Shown: piece by piece, positions 27,480 through 39,446 of the stretch | How positions within the stretch are numbered: position 1 is the first letter of the stretch | Layout: each line of letters begins with the position of its first letter | Assembly (NCBI RefSeq): GCF_963921235.1 | Contig: NC_086106.1 | Coordinates: 25,110,001-25,174,000, forward strand | Length of the DNA: 64,000 nucleotides | Reading direction: 5' to 3' | DNA from: Mobula hypostoma | Taxonomy: Eukaryota | Program-made: the position numbers and the translations under genes | The notes under the pieces: model-generated | The model's database searches: none | Seen by the model: the letters and a program-made list of their open reading frames with translations, nothing else | Told to the model about the DNA's origin: nothing

Positions 27480-28470
27480 AAGTTGTAAATTATGATGGTT
27501 AGAAGGTTAGAAGTGTTTGTGTTCGTTCGGCCTCTCACGAGTGTACAAACCGCACAGCGCCCTGATATACTCTGATGCTAATAGGCGAATAGCCCTTCCG
27601 CATTCCAGCCTAAAATTGACGAAGTTATCGAGAACCGAACATGAAACACAGAAGCCGAAGTATCTGATATGCTAATCACTTTCCACTTCCTTGATGGTCG
27701 AATAGCGGACGCAACTCAACAACGCATTAGTAATATTTATTACAAATAACGGTTTTATTTTCCCATTTAGAGGTGGCCCCGATAGGGTCCCAATTCAGAA
27801 GAACGATTAGAAGTGCTCTCTTGGCTCTGTACATGGAATATAGAGATAGCAGAATCTCGAAGTGTAAGATACCACTAGGAAAGGAAGTTGCAACATCGTG
27901 TTGCAGATCTGTTGAAGCGTTCGTATACTGCAATGTGGGACTCAGAGCTATGAGGGAGAATGGCGTTGTATTGTTGTTGCGATATGACAGGTTGTTTGAA
28001 ATTAGCGAGCAGGTGATCAATGGTTTTCTGCTGCTATGGGATCGTGTGGTTCTGTCGACAGTTGATTTCCTTTGGGAGACCATATTTTGTTGGGTCAATA
28101 ACTGGTGCACCCATCCTGTAAGAAATGTAGAACAGTCTTCACCTAAAAACCAGAGCAGCGGATACGACTTACAAGTAAACGCCCACTCCAATCTGAAGAT
28201 AACACATCAAAATATTCAATTGACGATGCAGATGGAGAAGAATTGTTGCCTCTCCATTGTGGACATTCTAATACGACTGACACCGGATGCTAGTATTGGA
28301 TGCCAAATAACACGGACTTATACATCAAAATAATAGTCGCCATCACGCCTCACAACGTAGAGCTAGAACTGGAATACAAGTTTACACATAATAGGACAAC
28401 GGAAACGAATTCGTTCAGCACTAGCCAATGAAGAAGGACTGACCATGGGATTTCAGTGTATATGCCACTG
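27480..28470 (+). mobile_element. Decayed Penelope-like RT
   Basis: HQNIQLTMQMEKNCCLSIVDILI resembles HPNIQFTME.E.N..LPFLDILI. Confidence 0.55.
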
Positions 28471-28479
28471 GACTTTAAA

Positions 28480-28920
28480 TGCCTGGTGTCATTCCTCGTG
28501 AAAATGACAGAGTTTGGCATCGACAGTTAGATTATAATCGACACTTTGATACTTGGAACCGGCAGTAAGTCGAGGGGAGTATATGTGGCATCAAGTATCG
28601 CACATTCTCTCATGTGGAATTTGTACATACCGATTAAGAAAGCTTTCCTGAACACATTTTACAAGCTCAACTCATCGAGTCCTTTTACCGCTTGGGAGTT
28701 CCAGACAATATGTGGGAAGCTAATGTCACCTATTTAACAACCTCGTGTTTCTTGCATTATTCTGCGACGTCTCGACACATTTCTCCCTTTAAGTCCCCGA
28801 TTATTGAGTAATCTGTAATATAGACCCATTGATGTGGACTTGTTTTTCGCAATTCCCAGCCCAGCCATAACGTCTGACTTAGTTGAGTTATTTACATTGT
28901 ACTGATTGAGCATCGTCACG
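28480..28920 (-). mobile_element. Decayed CR1 APE-endonuclease fragment
   Basis: GLYYRLLN followed by GD.SFP.I.W-like and KCVQE.FL-like stretches. Confidence 0.5.
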
Positions 28921-29379
28921 AATTTTCACTGACTTGTAACACCATCGTTTCTCATTTAATTCCTGTTCTTCTGCCGCGTCCTAAGCAAAGGAACCGCTGA
29001 ATACTGAGTTTTATTTCCTACCAGTTCTACAACCAAGTTTCACTAATGGCTACAATATCACAATTTCCTGCGTCTATCCATGCCCTGAGCTTATCTGACT
29101 TTGTAAAGATTCCTCTGGTAGTGAAATAAACGCAGTTCAGGAAATCCGACGCAACATTTTCAAAGTTTTCATTGCTGACATTGTCTGAAATGTAAACAAC
29201 GTCTGTCTTTCTACTATCTGCTGTTACACTCTACCGCCCAACACTACCAAATCTTCAGAATAGGACATTGCCCCTCTTCTATTTTAATTGTAACCGTCTG
29301 TTCTGTACAGGACGCACTTTCCCTGGGAGATAGCTGAATAATCCAAAAATCTCATGTACTCCCTCATAGACCAACTCCG

Positions 29380-30330
29380 TATTTAAGTGCATCATTTTCC
29401 AGCTTCTGGCCTCACGGGGATGTGGCACAATGCTGAGATGACAGCTCTGGAGTACCTATCCTTTAGCGTAGCATCCAACTTCTTCAGATCACTGCAGAAA
29501 CTAGTGAGTCTTACTATTATTGTCATTGCTACTTATGTGGGCCACGACATCTGGCTGTTCAAACAGCCATCTAAAATTCTGAAAAATCGATTCGTGAAGT
29601 CCTGGACACTGGCACTGTGGATCAACAGTTCCGTGCGAGCAGCACTTACTGGGCGACACAAAGCTTGTGTTGCCGGTATTCAGCAGCAGTTCAAGAAACG
29701 CAGCTATGATCCGTGCAACGTGAATATGGCAGCAAAACAACACTACAGGAACAATATCGAGACACAACTTTTACCAACTACCACCTCAATTTACGACAAG
29801 GTCTGTACACCATCGCAGAACCAGAGCTAAAGGCAGCGGATTTTCCAACATCCTGCCTCTCTCCCAGACGAGCTATATCTTTATACGCTTGATTCCCTGT
29901 TACCAATACTGAGCCCCTGAGGAGACCTGCAAATGATGTGACCGGCAGCCTGGTTATTTCTGAGGCTGAAATGCGCAGGTGTTTCCAACGAGTGGACATT
30001 CACCAGACTGTGGGACCGGACGGCATCCCAGGGCGGGTTCTCATGGCGTGCGCTGCACCACAGGCAGAATGGGTAACAGACATTTATAATCTCTCCGTCT
30101 CCCAATGTAGAGTGCCATCCTGCATCAAAACATCGGTCATCGGTCATTGTTCATGTACCTAAAATGACCAAGGTAACATGTCCGGACGCCTGGCGTACTG
30201 TTGGACTCTCTTCGGTAACAAGCAAATGCTTTGAGTGGTAGTTAGGGACTATATCTGAGGCATGCTACAACCCACACTGAACCCCCTACAATTCAGCTAT
30301 AGACATAACCGTACAGTAGATGACTCAATA
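29380..30330 (+). mobile_element. Rex1/L2-like LINE fragment
   Basis: VGPDGIPGRVLMACA..AEWVTDIYNLS and LNPLQFSYRHNRTVDD. Confidence 0.7.
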
Positions 30331-32250
30331 GCCCCATTTGTGCCTGCCTCTTCGTTGGTGATGTGCCGCAACTTTGCCTGTCTCTTCGTTGGTTATGTGG
30401 AACAGTCTATGCTCCAAACCTATACTGGTACTGTTTCCCAACTTTTCCTTCGCTGCATTGAAGGGTACATTGGTGCTGCTTCCTGCACTCCTGCAAAGTT
30501 CGTCAATTTCATCGACTTTACTTCAAACTTCCACCCAGCCCTCTAATTCACTTGGTCCATCTCGGACACCTCTCTCTCCTTTCTTGATCACGCGGTCTCC
30601 ATCTCTGGAGACAGACTGTCCACTGAAACCTTCTATAAGCCCACTGACTCTCATAACTAACTGGACTATACCTCTTCCCACACTGCCACATGCAAACATG
30701 CCACTCTTTTTTTTCCAGTTCCTCCGTCTCCGCCGCATCTGCTCCCAAGATGAGGGTTTCCGTTCCAGGACATCTCAAATAACCTCTTTCTTGAAGGGCG
30801 AACAACAGGAATTCTGCAGATGCTGGAAATTCAAGCAACACACATAAAAGTTGCTGGTGAACGCAGCAGGCCAGGCAGCATCTCTAGGAAGAGGTGCAGT
30901 CGACGTTTCAGGCCGAGACCCTTCGACAAGACTAGCTGGAGGAAGAGTGAGAAAGGGATTTGAAAGTTGGAGGGGGAGGGGGAGATCCAAAATGATAGGA
31001 GAAGACAGGAGGGGGAGAAATGGAGCCAAGAGCTGGACATGTGATAGCCAATAGGGGATCATGGGACAGGCGGTCCGGGAAGACCGGCGGGGGGTGGACC
31101 CAGAGGATGGGCAAGGGGTATATTCAGAGGAACAGAGGGAGGAAAAGGATAGTGAGAGAAAGAATGTGTCCTGGCCTGCTGCGTTCATCAGCAACTTTTA
31201 TCTTTCTTGAAGGGGCTTGGTTTCCCTTCTGCCGTCATCTCTGATGCCTTCACCCACATCTCCTCCATTTTGCGCACTTCGGCACTCACCTCATCTTCCC
31301 GTCACCACAACAGGGCCAGAAATCCCCTTGTCCTCACCTACCACCCCACCAGCATCCGGATCCAGCAGATTATCCTCCGCAACTTCCGCCACCTTCAACA
31401 AGACCCCACAAATATGCACATTTTTCCTCTGCAGCCCTATCCGCCTTCTGTAGAGATCGTTAGCTCCTCGACTCCCTGGTCCACACGTCCTTTCCCACGG
31501 ATCTCCTGCCCGGTATTATCCCTGTAAGCATAAGTGCTACAAGTGTCCCAACACCTCTCCTGCTAACATTCAGGGCCCGAACCAGTCCTTCCAGGTGAGA
31601 CAACACTTCACTTGTGAGTCGGTTGGGGTCACCTGTTGTATCGGTGCTCCCGCTGCGGCCTCCTCTACATCGGTGAAACCCGAGGCAGATTGGGGGACCG
31701 CTTCGTCGAGCAAATCCGCTCCGTCTGCCACAACAGACAGGATCTCCCGCTTGCCACCCACTTCAATTCTGCTTCACATTCCCATTCGGATATGTCCATG
31801 CATGGCCTCCTATACTGCCATGATCAGGCTAAACTCAGGTTGGAAGAGCAACACCAAATATACCGTCTGGGTAGTCTCCAGCCCCTTGGTATGCAAATTG
31901 AATTCTCCAGCTTCCGGTAATTCCCTTCTCCCCATTCTCCCATCCCAGTTTTACTCTTCCCCCTCCCCCAGCTACCTATCACCTCCCTCAGGGTCTCGCC
32001 TCCTTCTACTACCCATTCTGCTTTCCCCTATTCCTTCTTCACCTTTTCTGCCTATCCCCTCCCTGCTTCCACTTCCATACCCCTTTATCTTTTCCCTTTT
32101 TATTTTTTTTCACCTGGCTCCAAGCAGCCTCTCCTTCCCACCCTCCCCCCACCTTCTCTATAGGGCCTCTGCCCCTTCCCTCTTCAGTCCTGATGAATGG
32201 TTCCGGCCCAAAATGTTGACTGATCATTTCTCCTCCAGCGTGTTGTGAGT
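30330..32250 (+). mobile_element. Penelope-like element (RT C-terminal half, GIY-YIG, pLTR), interrupted at 30799-31200
   Basis: FACLFVGYVEQSM..QLFLRCIEG (YIDD degraded) and CSRCGLLYIGETRGRLGDRF. A degenerate hammerhead is at 32186-32221. Confidence 0.85.
30799..31200 (-). mobile_element. 402-bp non-autonomous Penelope pLTR-derived insertion with 14-bp target-site duplication
   Basis: TCTTTCTTGAAGGG occurs at 30785-30798 and 31201-31214. The interior is the reverse complement of the pLTR at ~16720-17075. There is an internal 31-bp inverted repeat (30845-30875 / 31170-31200). Confidence 0.8.
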
Positions 32251-32354
32251 GTAGCATTATGCACCGCCCTTACACATCTAGAGAAGCGGGTTGCTTATGT
32301 CTGAATGTTGTTCTTGGACTACCGCTCATCATTCCAAAAGGTAATTCCCTCCAG

Positions 32355-35300
32355 GCTCAAAAAGAAGTTCAGAGACTTCGGTTTTTACCCTGCCTTGTGT
32401 TTCTGGTTCCTGGACTTTCTGTCAGATCGCCGCAGGTGGTAAGACCGGGCTCCCTCACCATTGCTCCTCTGACCCTGAACACAGGTGCCCCTGGTCTGTG
32501 TACGAAGCCCCCTCCTTTACTCTTTGATTACCAATTACCAATTACTGTGTCCCTAACCTAGATCTCCAATCTGCGAATTAAATTTTCTGAGGACACTACA
32601 TGATTGACCTAAACTCAATCAATAATGAAGAAGCCTAGAGAAAATAATTCACCACCCTGACACAGTGGCATCAAGAAAACAACTTCTCTCCTAATGTCGC
32701 AGAACAAAAAGAAAACAAAGAAGCTGGTTGTTGACTACAGGCAGAATGGAGACAGGCTAACCACGATTGACATCAATGGATCAGTAAACCTCAAGTTCTT
32801 CGGCATACAAATCACTGAGGATGTGACTTGTTCGGTACATACCGGTTGTGTGGTAAAAAAGGCCAAAAAGCGCCTCTTTCACCTCAGAACGTTGAAGAAG
32901 TTTGGTATTGAAGTCCAAATACGAAGAACGCTCTACTTTGGCACAACTCAGAGCAGCATGACTGGCTGCCTCATTGCGTGGTGTTGGAACTGCATTTCCC
33001 TCAATCGCTGAACTCCACTGAGAGTGGTGCGGGCAACGCATCTGTAGATGCGACCTGCCCACTGTTTACGACATTTACAAAGAGAAGTGTGTAAAAAGAG
33101 CACGAAGGATCGTTAGAGACCCCAAACACCACAAGCACAAAGACTTCCAGCTGCTACTGTCCGGGATACGGGACTGCAGGATAAAATCCAGGACCATCAG
33201 GAAATGTAACGTGAAGATATGTACTCATTTAAATGAAGGATGTATGTAATAAAGTCAATTCTATTCAATTCAATTCATATTGCTTCTCTCTCACAGAAAG
33301 AGGCTCGATCCCGGAGTGTACACCGCTGTGATGTTTCTCTGCTAACTCATGCCCCCAAAATTATCTATAGTAGCGTATCTGTTGTTGAGGGAGATTTCCA
33401 CAGAGCTCTCTGCACTGGCTTTTTAAGTCCTTTGTCTTTCTTGTCACCCATTCCCCTGCCTCCTGTAACTCTGGGGCACCCACGATCTTTGTGCCCGATC
33501 TATCATGCCATCAGCATTTCGAAAATTCCAGCGTTCATTCATTTCCAGCTTCCGCTCCATAAAACGGTGTGTAAGAATCTGAAATTGCATGAATTTCATT
33601 CAGGAGTAGTTGTCAGTGATACTGGAGAATTCCGAGTTTTCTCTTCCAATATCCGATAAGGAGTATATGCAAATATTACGGTCTCGATTATGATTCCGTC
33701 CAGACACGCCGAATGTTTACTTCTTCCCATACATATTGCGTGGTCGTTGAGTTAGTACTGCATTTTTTGTGTATTCCGTTCAAATTTTCTGCCTGGCATA
33801 TTACAGCTCATGCTGAGCAAATATAAAGAATGAAAGAAAATAACAATCAACAAACTACGGGGAACAATGCCTGCTACATTTCGAATTCTCTTAACCACGC
33901 CTAATCTCGCTGTAACATCGAGGAAGCAAGTCCTCAAGTTCACTGTGCAACAGTGTCCACTCCACCGACTACCGCACCGCTTTCCCCTATCTTTTTCGAA
34001 TATTTTCGTGTTGATCAGGCCATATCAGTTTTCAAGACACGAAAATGCCCCGAATTGGTGGTTTATGCATTCGAATCGGCGAACGCCAGAGACCTCTGTC
34101 TTATCATCTTTGCGATCTCCAATTGGCAGCAGTTTGAAACACCAAACCACCGCGAGCAGATGCCTTATTTTCTCAATCGGCGAACCTGTCAGAGCTATGT
34201 TTTCTCACGCTTTGTATCTCTGATAAGCTCTGGTTAAAAGATCAAACAGCCGCCAGTTGATGCCGTGTGTACTCAATAGGCAAACTTGAGAAAGCACCGT
34301 CCCAACACGGCTCCGATCTCCGACTGAAAGAAGTTCAGAGACATCGGTCTTCACTCTGACTTCTGTAGCTGGATCCTGGACTTTCTGTCAGTTCGCCGCA
34401 GGTGGTAAGAAAGGGCCCCCTCACCACTGCCCCTCTGACTCTGAACACATGCGGCCCAGATCTGTGTACAAAGCCTCCTCCTTTACTCTTCGCTTAACAG
34501 TTACTGTATCCCTACACAGAGCTCCAATCTGGTAATTAAAATTGCTGCGAACAGTACATGATTGACCTAAACTCAACCAATAATGAGGGAGACTAGAAAA
34601 AAAGACTTCACTACCCTGACAGAGTGGTATCAAGAAAACAACTTCTCTCCTAATGTCGCCGAACAAAAATAAAAACAAAGAAACAAACAAAGAAGCTGGT
34701 TGCTGACTACAGACAGAATGGAGACAGGCTAACCACGATTGACATCAATGGATCTTTCATCCTCAAGTTCTTCGGCATACAAATCACTGAGGACGTGACT
34801 TGGTCGGTACATACTGGTTGTGTGGTAAAAAAGGCAACAAAAAAAAACGCCTCTTTCACCTCAGAAGTTTGAAGAAGTTTGGTATTGAAGTCCAAATACA
34901 AAAAACGCTCTATTTGGGCACAACTCAGAGCATCCTGACTGGCTGCCTCACTGCGTGGTGTTAGAACTGTATTTCCCTCAATCGCTGAACTCCGCTGACA
35001 GTTGTGCGGACAACGCATCTGCAGATGCGACCTGCCCACTATTCACGACATTTACAAAGAGATGTGTGTAAAAAGAGCACGAAGGATCGTTAGAGACCCC
35101 AGACACCGCAAGCACAAAATGTTCCAGCTGCTACTGTCCGGGATACGGGACTGCAAGATAAAATCCAGGACCAACAGGCTCCGGAACAGCTTCCTCCACC
35201 AAGCCATCAGACGTATTAACTCATGCTGATACAACTGTATTTCAATGTTCTTTTCACTCCCCTGTTGTACATCGTATTTATTATATTTGTTTTTATAAAT

Positions 35301-36448
35301 TACACATTGTATATTTAAAAGGAATTGTATCGTGAAGTTAGGTACTCCTCATGTACATGAAGGATGTAGGTATTAAAGTCAATTCTATTCGATTCAATCC
35401 ATTTTTCTTCTCCCTCACAGAAACAGACTCGATGCCGGAGAGTACAACGCTGTGGTTTTTCTCTGCTACCTCATGGCCCCAAAATTATCCAAAGTAGCAT
35501 GTCTGTTGTTCGGCGAGATTTCCACAGGGCGCTCTGCACTGGCTGTTTAAGTCCTTTGTCTTTCTTGTCACTCACTTTCCTCCATCCTGTAACTCTGGTG
35601 CACCCACCATCTTTATGCCCAATCTATCACGCCCTCAGCCTTTCGAAACCTCCAGCGTTCATCCAGTTCCAGCTTCAGCTCCATAAAACGGTGTTTAAGA
35701 ATCTGAAATTGCATGAATTCCATCCATGAATAGTCGTCAGTGATACTGGAAAACTCCGAGTCTTCTCTTCCAATATCCGGCAAGGAGTACATGCAGATAT
35801 TAAGCTCTCGGTTATAATTCCGGCCAGACACGCCGAATGATTACTCTTTCCCATACATGTTGCGTGGTCGCTGAGTTAGTACTGTATTTTTTGTGTATTC
35901 CGTTCAAATTTTCTGCCTGGCATATTGCAGCTCATGCTGAGTAAATATAAAGAATGAAATAAAATAACAATAAACAAACTACGGGGAAAAATGCCTGCTA
36001 CATATCGCATTCTCTTCATCACGCCTAATCTCGCTGAAACATCGAAGAAGCAATTCCTCGTTCATTTTCTAACAGTGTCGACTCAACCGACTGCCGTACC
36101 GCATTCCCCTACCTTCTTCGAATTTGTTCTTGTTAATCAATCCATATCACTTTCCAAGAAACGAAAATGCCGCGAATTGGTGGGTTATGCATTCGAATCG
36201 GCGAACACGAGAGAGCTCCGTCTTATCACCTTTGCGATCTCCAATTGGCAGCAGTTTTAAACACCAAACCGCCGCGAGCAGATGCCTTATTTTCTCAACC
36301 GGCGACCCTGTCGGAGCTATGTTTTCTCAGGCTTTGTAACACCGATAAGCTCTGATTAAAAGATCAAACGGCCGCCGGTTGATGCCGTGTGTACTCAATA
36401 GGCAAACTTGAGTGAGCTCCGCCCCAACACGGTTCGGATCTCCGACTG
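32355..36448 (+). repeat. Direct tandem duplication, ~2.0 and ~2.1 kb units (junction ~34325); each unit is a Rex1-like 3' fragment (+) plus a CR1 5'UTR/ORF1 start (-)
   Basis: Both units begin AAAGAAGTTCAGAGAC and end CCAACACGG.TC.GATCTCCGACTG. The duplicated ORFs are 32781/34707 and 33240/35499. Confidence 0.9.
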
Positions 36449-37886
36449 GCGGCAATTTAAATACATATTTCATTAATATCCATTTCCAACAGTTCGCATA
36501 CGCGATTGTTCATCGCACATCGTAGCCGAGATTTCACTGACATTATTTTCAATTTATTTATTTCTGTATTCATTTATTCAATCATTCATTCATTCATCTG
36601 TTGATTAAGTAACTACATGATCAAATTATTTATTGTTTGTTTATTTATTTGCTAAAATTTCAGTACAGCTGGTGGCGTAATATTCAAGATTATGAAAGAC
36701 AAATCGGTAACTGTGGAGGTATAAGGAAATTAAAGCTCTGCAGACTATTTTTGGTGAGATCATACCGGACCCTAATCTAATCACAAATCCCTAGACAAAT
36801 CCACGTTCAATACTAATACAGTGTATTCGTCTTCCTATTCGACTGTGGCACTCTGTATTTCCACTTTTCCCTCAAACATGAGGTTTTTCCAGACTCACCA
36901 GTATTAAATACATATTTTGCTTATTAATGTAGCTCTGCAGAGCAGTACCTCACATTCGATGTAATTTGTTGCAATTGCGTTGCGTATGCGCTGAGCTTCT
37001 CTTTGTTTCCTTCTGGCCTCTTTAACCCGAGGTTCCTTCAGGTAGAACAGAGAAAATAGTGCAGTACAGTATAACATTGAGCCTTCGGAATACGGTGCGG
37101 TGGAGACCGATATAAATCAATTCATGATCCCTCTAACATTTCGCCACCCCCTGCACTTACCTTTGTCCTCCATTTGACCTATATCGATATGGAAGCAATT
37201 CTTTCTAATATCAGTGTATGAGCCTCTACCTGCAGCAGTTGCTGCGGAGTCCAGAATTTTACAGGAGGTTTGCAGTGGAATTCTCCCTGATAATACTAGT
37301 AATATAAATAATAATAATAATGATAATAACAATAATAATAATACGATATGACCGGTGACATCTCACTAAAACCATCTGCCACTCACCTTACTGCAAAGCA
37401 GCTGTCTCTTGCACTGTCTTTTGCCGCAGTGGATATAATTTTATCCAAAACAGACTAGCAGATTTTCCAAACCCCTGGACACAATCGACAAGATTGACAG
37501 CGAATGTGAATAGAAGGGAAAGAAGGGTTGCCTGTTTTACGCCTTTGGTCAAGCACACTCAAATTGAAACTGCTTGGTTGCAGATTTCCTCGCATCCATA
37601 CTTTCTGTGGAAGAACAGTATGAGGAATTGGTGCATCCAAAGGCTAAATGTGCCATCACACTCTTACTAGGCTGCGGGAGAGCTTGTCAGCCCATCCCGC
37701 GTACATGCCGTCAAGATTAAAGCATAGACTGATTTCCGTCACAAAATAAAAGAACTGAAACATACTTGAAAACTCGGGGCACACGTTGCAACATCAATAA
37801 AGAACACATAACCATTTTTTTTTCTTTGAAGAAAAGTGTCCGTTTCAAGGCGAAGGACTCAGCCTCATCAATTTATAGGTCATCTC

Positions 37887-37930
37887 CGTCACACAGGTTG
37901 AACGATAGGAAGTCATGGCTGGGGCTTCCT
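37887..37930 (+). promoter_or_regulatory. Candidate V promoter motifs (half-CRE CGTCA; two ETS cores AGGAAGT / CTTCCT)
   Basis: Located 160-200 nt upstream of the leader ATG. The motifs are short and could be chance. Confidence 0.25.
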
Positions 37931-38089
37931 CACTCGGTTCAAAGACAAGGAACAGAATCAAAACCAACAACTGTCCCTCAACAACCTGTTGTTAACAGTT
38001 TACTGTCCATCTTTGCAGTACATTCGACCATAACTCTGCAGGCCGTGAGCTTCATATCCTCGACACTTCAACAATATTCCTTGTTGAGG

Positions 38090-38132
38090 ATGGGAGTCTT
38101 CTTTGTTTTCACACTCTGGCTCTGCTTACGGC
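38090..38132 (+). CDS. Leader exon of NAR-TCR V (MGVFFVFTLWLCLR, phase-1 donor GTGAGT)
   Basis: Hydrophobic signal peptide. The 139-nt intron 38133-38271 ends TTCATTCCTAG and splices in frame to the V exon. Confidence 0.9.
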
Positions 38133-38271
38133 GTGAGTACCTTTTACCCATCCACATTACATCTACTTTAAATCTGTCTGAGCCCTCTGAGATGCAACGG
38201 GCTTAGATTTTTCATGTGGTTCGTCTATGACTGCAACTCAATTTTCTCCGTGATTTTGCTTTCATTCCTAG

Positions 38272-38565
38272 GTTCATTGAGTCAGTCGGTGACTCAGAGC
38301 CCGTCCATTGTAAACTTGAATGAGTGTCAGACTGCCACCATCACCTGCAGTTTCAAGCCTGATTTTTCTGGTGAATATCGCTTTCTCACTGGAAAATTCT
38401 TTAGGCAGACCAACTCAGCGGCCGAACGGAAAGAAGTCACCCGCGGGGGGAGATTTTTTACTTTGATTAAGAAAACTGACATGCAGTTTTCGTTGGAAAT
38501 TCGGGACCTGCGATTGGAAGACAGCGGCACCTATTACTGTCAAGCTGTGTACAGATGGCGTGAAG
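38272..38565 (+). CDS. IgNAR-like V segment (NAR-TCR V)
   Basis: QSVTQSPSIVNLNECQTATITC...FFRQTNSAAERKEVTRGGRFFTLIKKTDMQFSLEIRDLRLEDSGTYYC. It has the short VNAR-type core lacking CDR2 (47 residues from the W-equivalent to Cys2), GGRF and FSL.I.DL..EDSGTY.C motifs, and no stops. Confidence 0.9.
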
Positions 38566-38603
38566 CACAATGATGGGCTTCGGCTTTGTGCTGTACAAAA
38601 CCT
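38566..38603 (+). promoter_or_regulatory. RSS of NAR V (CACAATG - 22 nt - ACAAAACCT)
   Basis: The heptamer directly abuts the V end. Spacer counted as 22 nt. Confidence 0.9.
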
Positions 38604-38924
38604 TTCGCTGTAGCTTATTCCTGATTCAGACGGAGCAGAATGGATCTGTGGGTAAGCTCATCTTCCTCTCTCGCTGTGGATAGTCCTGCAGTCCAGCAAA
38701 CTGTTAGTTGTTTTATTTTTTTCTGTAGAGTCTTTCTGTTCCCACCTCGCGTGTGAGCAGATATTGTTGCCTACCTGAGGTATGTGTCAATAAATGTCGA
38801 CAGATGTTGAAAAATACACATTCTTGACGCCGACGGGAGACAGAATCATTCCTGAACACTTGGAACCAGTAAACGCCAGCGCTGCGAAATTAATTCCTGC
38901 TCGACTGTGTCTTGACTCGCCAGT

Positions 38925-38995
38925 AGATTTCAAATTCACGTAAGGTACTGTGTACAGTTGGAACGAACACAGTGGAAGAGATCTGAACAAAAATA
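38925..38995 (+). other. D segment TACAGTTGGAACGAA (38953-38967) with 12/12 RSS
   Basis: 5' side: AGATTTCAA (weak nonamer) - 12 - TACTGTG. 3' side: CACAGTG - 12 - ACAAAAATA. Confidence 0.85.
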
Positions 38996-39349
38996 GAAAA
39001 TAATATATATATATATAACTCATTGTTTAAACGAGCTATTCTCCATATCTCATACAAAAATAATACAAACCTGACGTTTTTCACCTTCTAATCTGTTTAG
39101 ATTATTTCAAATTTCCATATTGCATATGTATTTTTGATTGACACGTATGCTACGTGTTTTTTTATTTTTCTTTTCGGAATCGCTGTGCGATGCGTGTTCC
39201 TATGTTACTTCCATTTGGTTTTGCTTTCTCACAAAGAACATATCGACCTGCCGGCAAATGGGGAATTCTCTTACTATGTGTTGCATTAACAACCCTCGGA
39301 ACATTGGGAATCCTATTGTAGCGTTTCTTAAATAGATTCACGTGAGTGT

Positions 39350-39388
39350 AGTTGTTGTATAGTGGAGACTGAGAACGGGATCATTGTG
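39350..39388 (+). promoter_or_regulatory. 23-RSS of J (AGTTGTTGT - 23 nt - CATTGTG)
   Basis: The nonamer is 7/9 to GGTTTTTGT and the heptamer abuts J. Confidence 0.88.
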
Positions 39389-39446
39389 TATCAATGGGAG
39401 ACTCATACTCTGGATGGAACAGGGACAAAGGTCACGGTCAGACCCG
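39389..39446 (+). CDS. NAR-type J segment YQWETHTLDGTGTKVTVRP, phase-1 donor GTAAGT
   Basis: DGxGT.VTV motif (NAR-type rather than FGxG/WGxG), with an RSS upstream and a consensus donor. Confidence 0.9.

Noticed and set aside
39160-39230. Possible second D (CGCTGTG heptamer; also at ~38672)
   Set aside because: The nonamer match is explained by T-richness, and there is no paired 3' RSS at a D-like distance.
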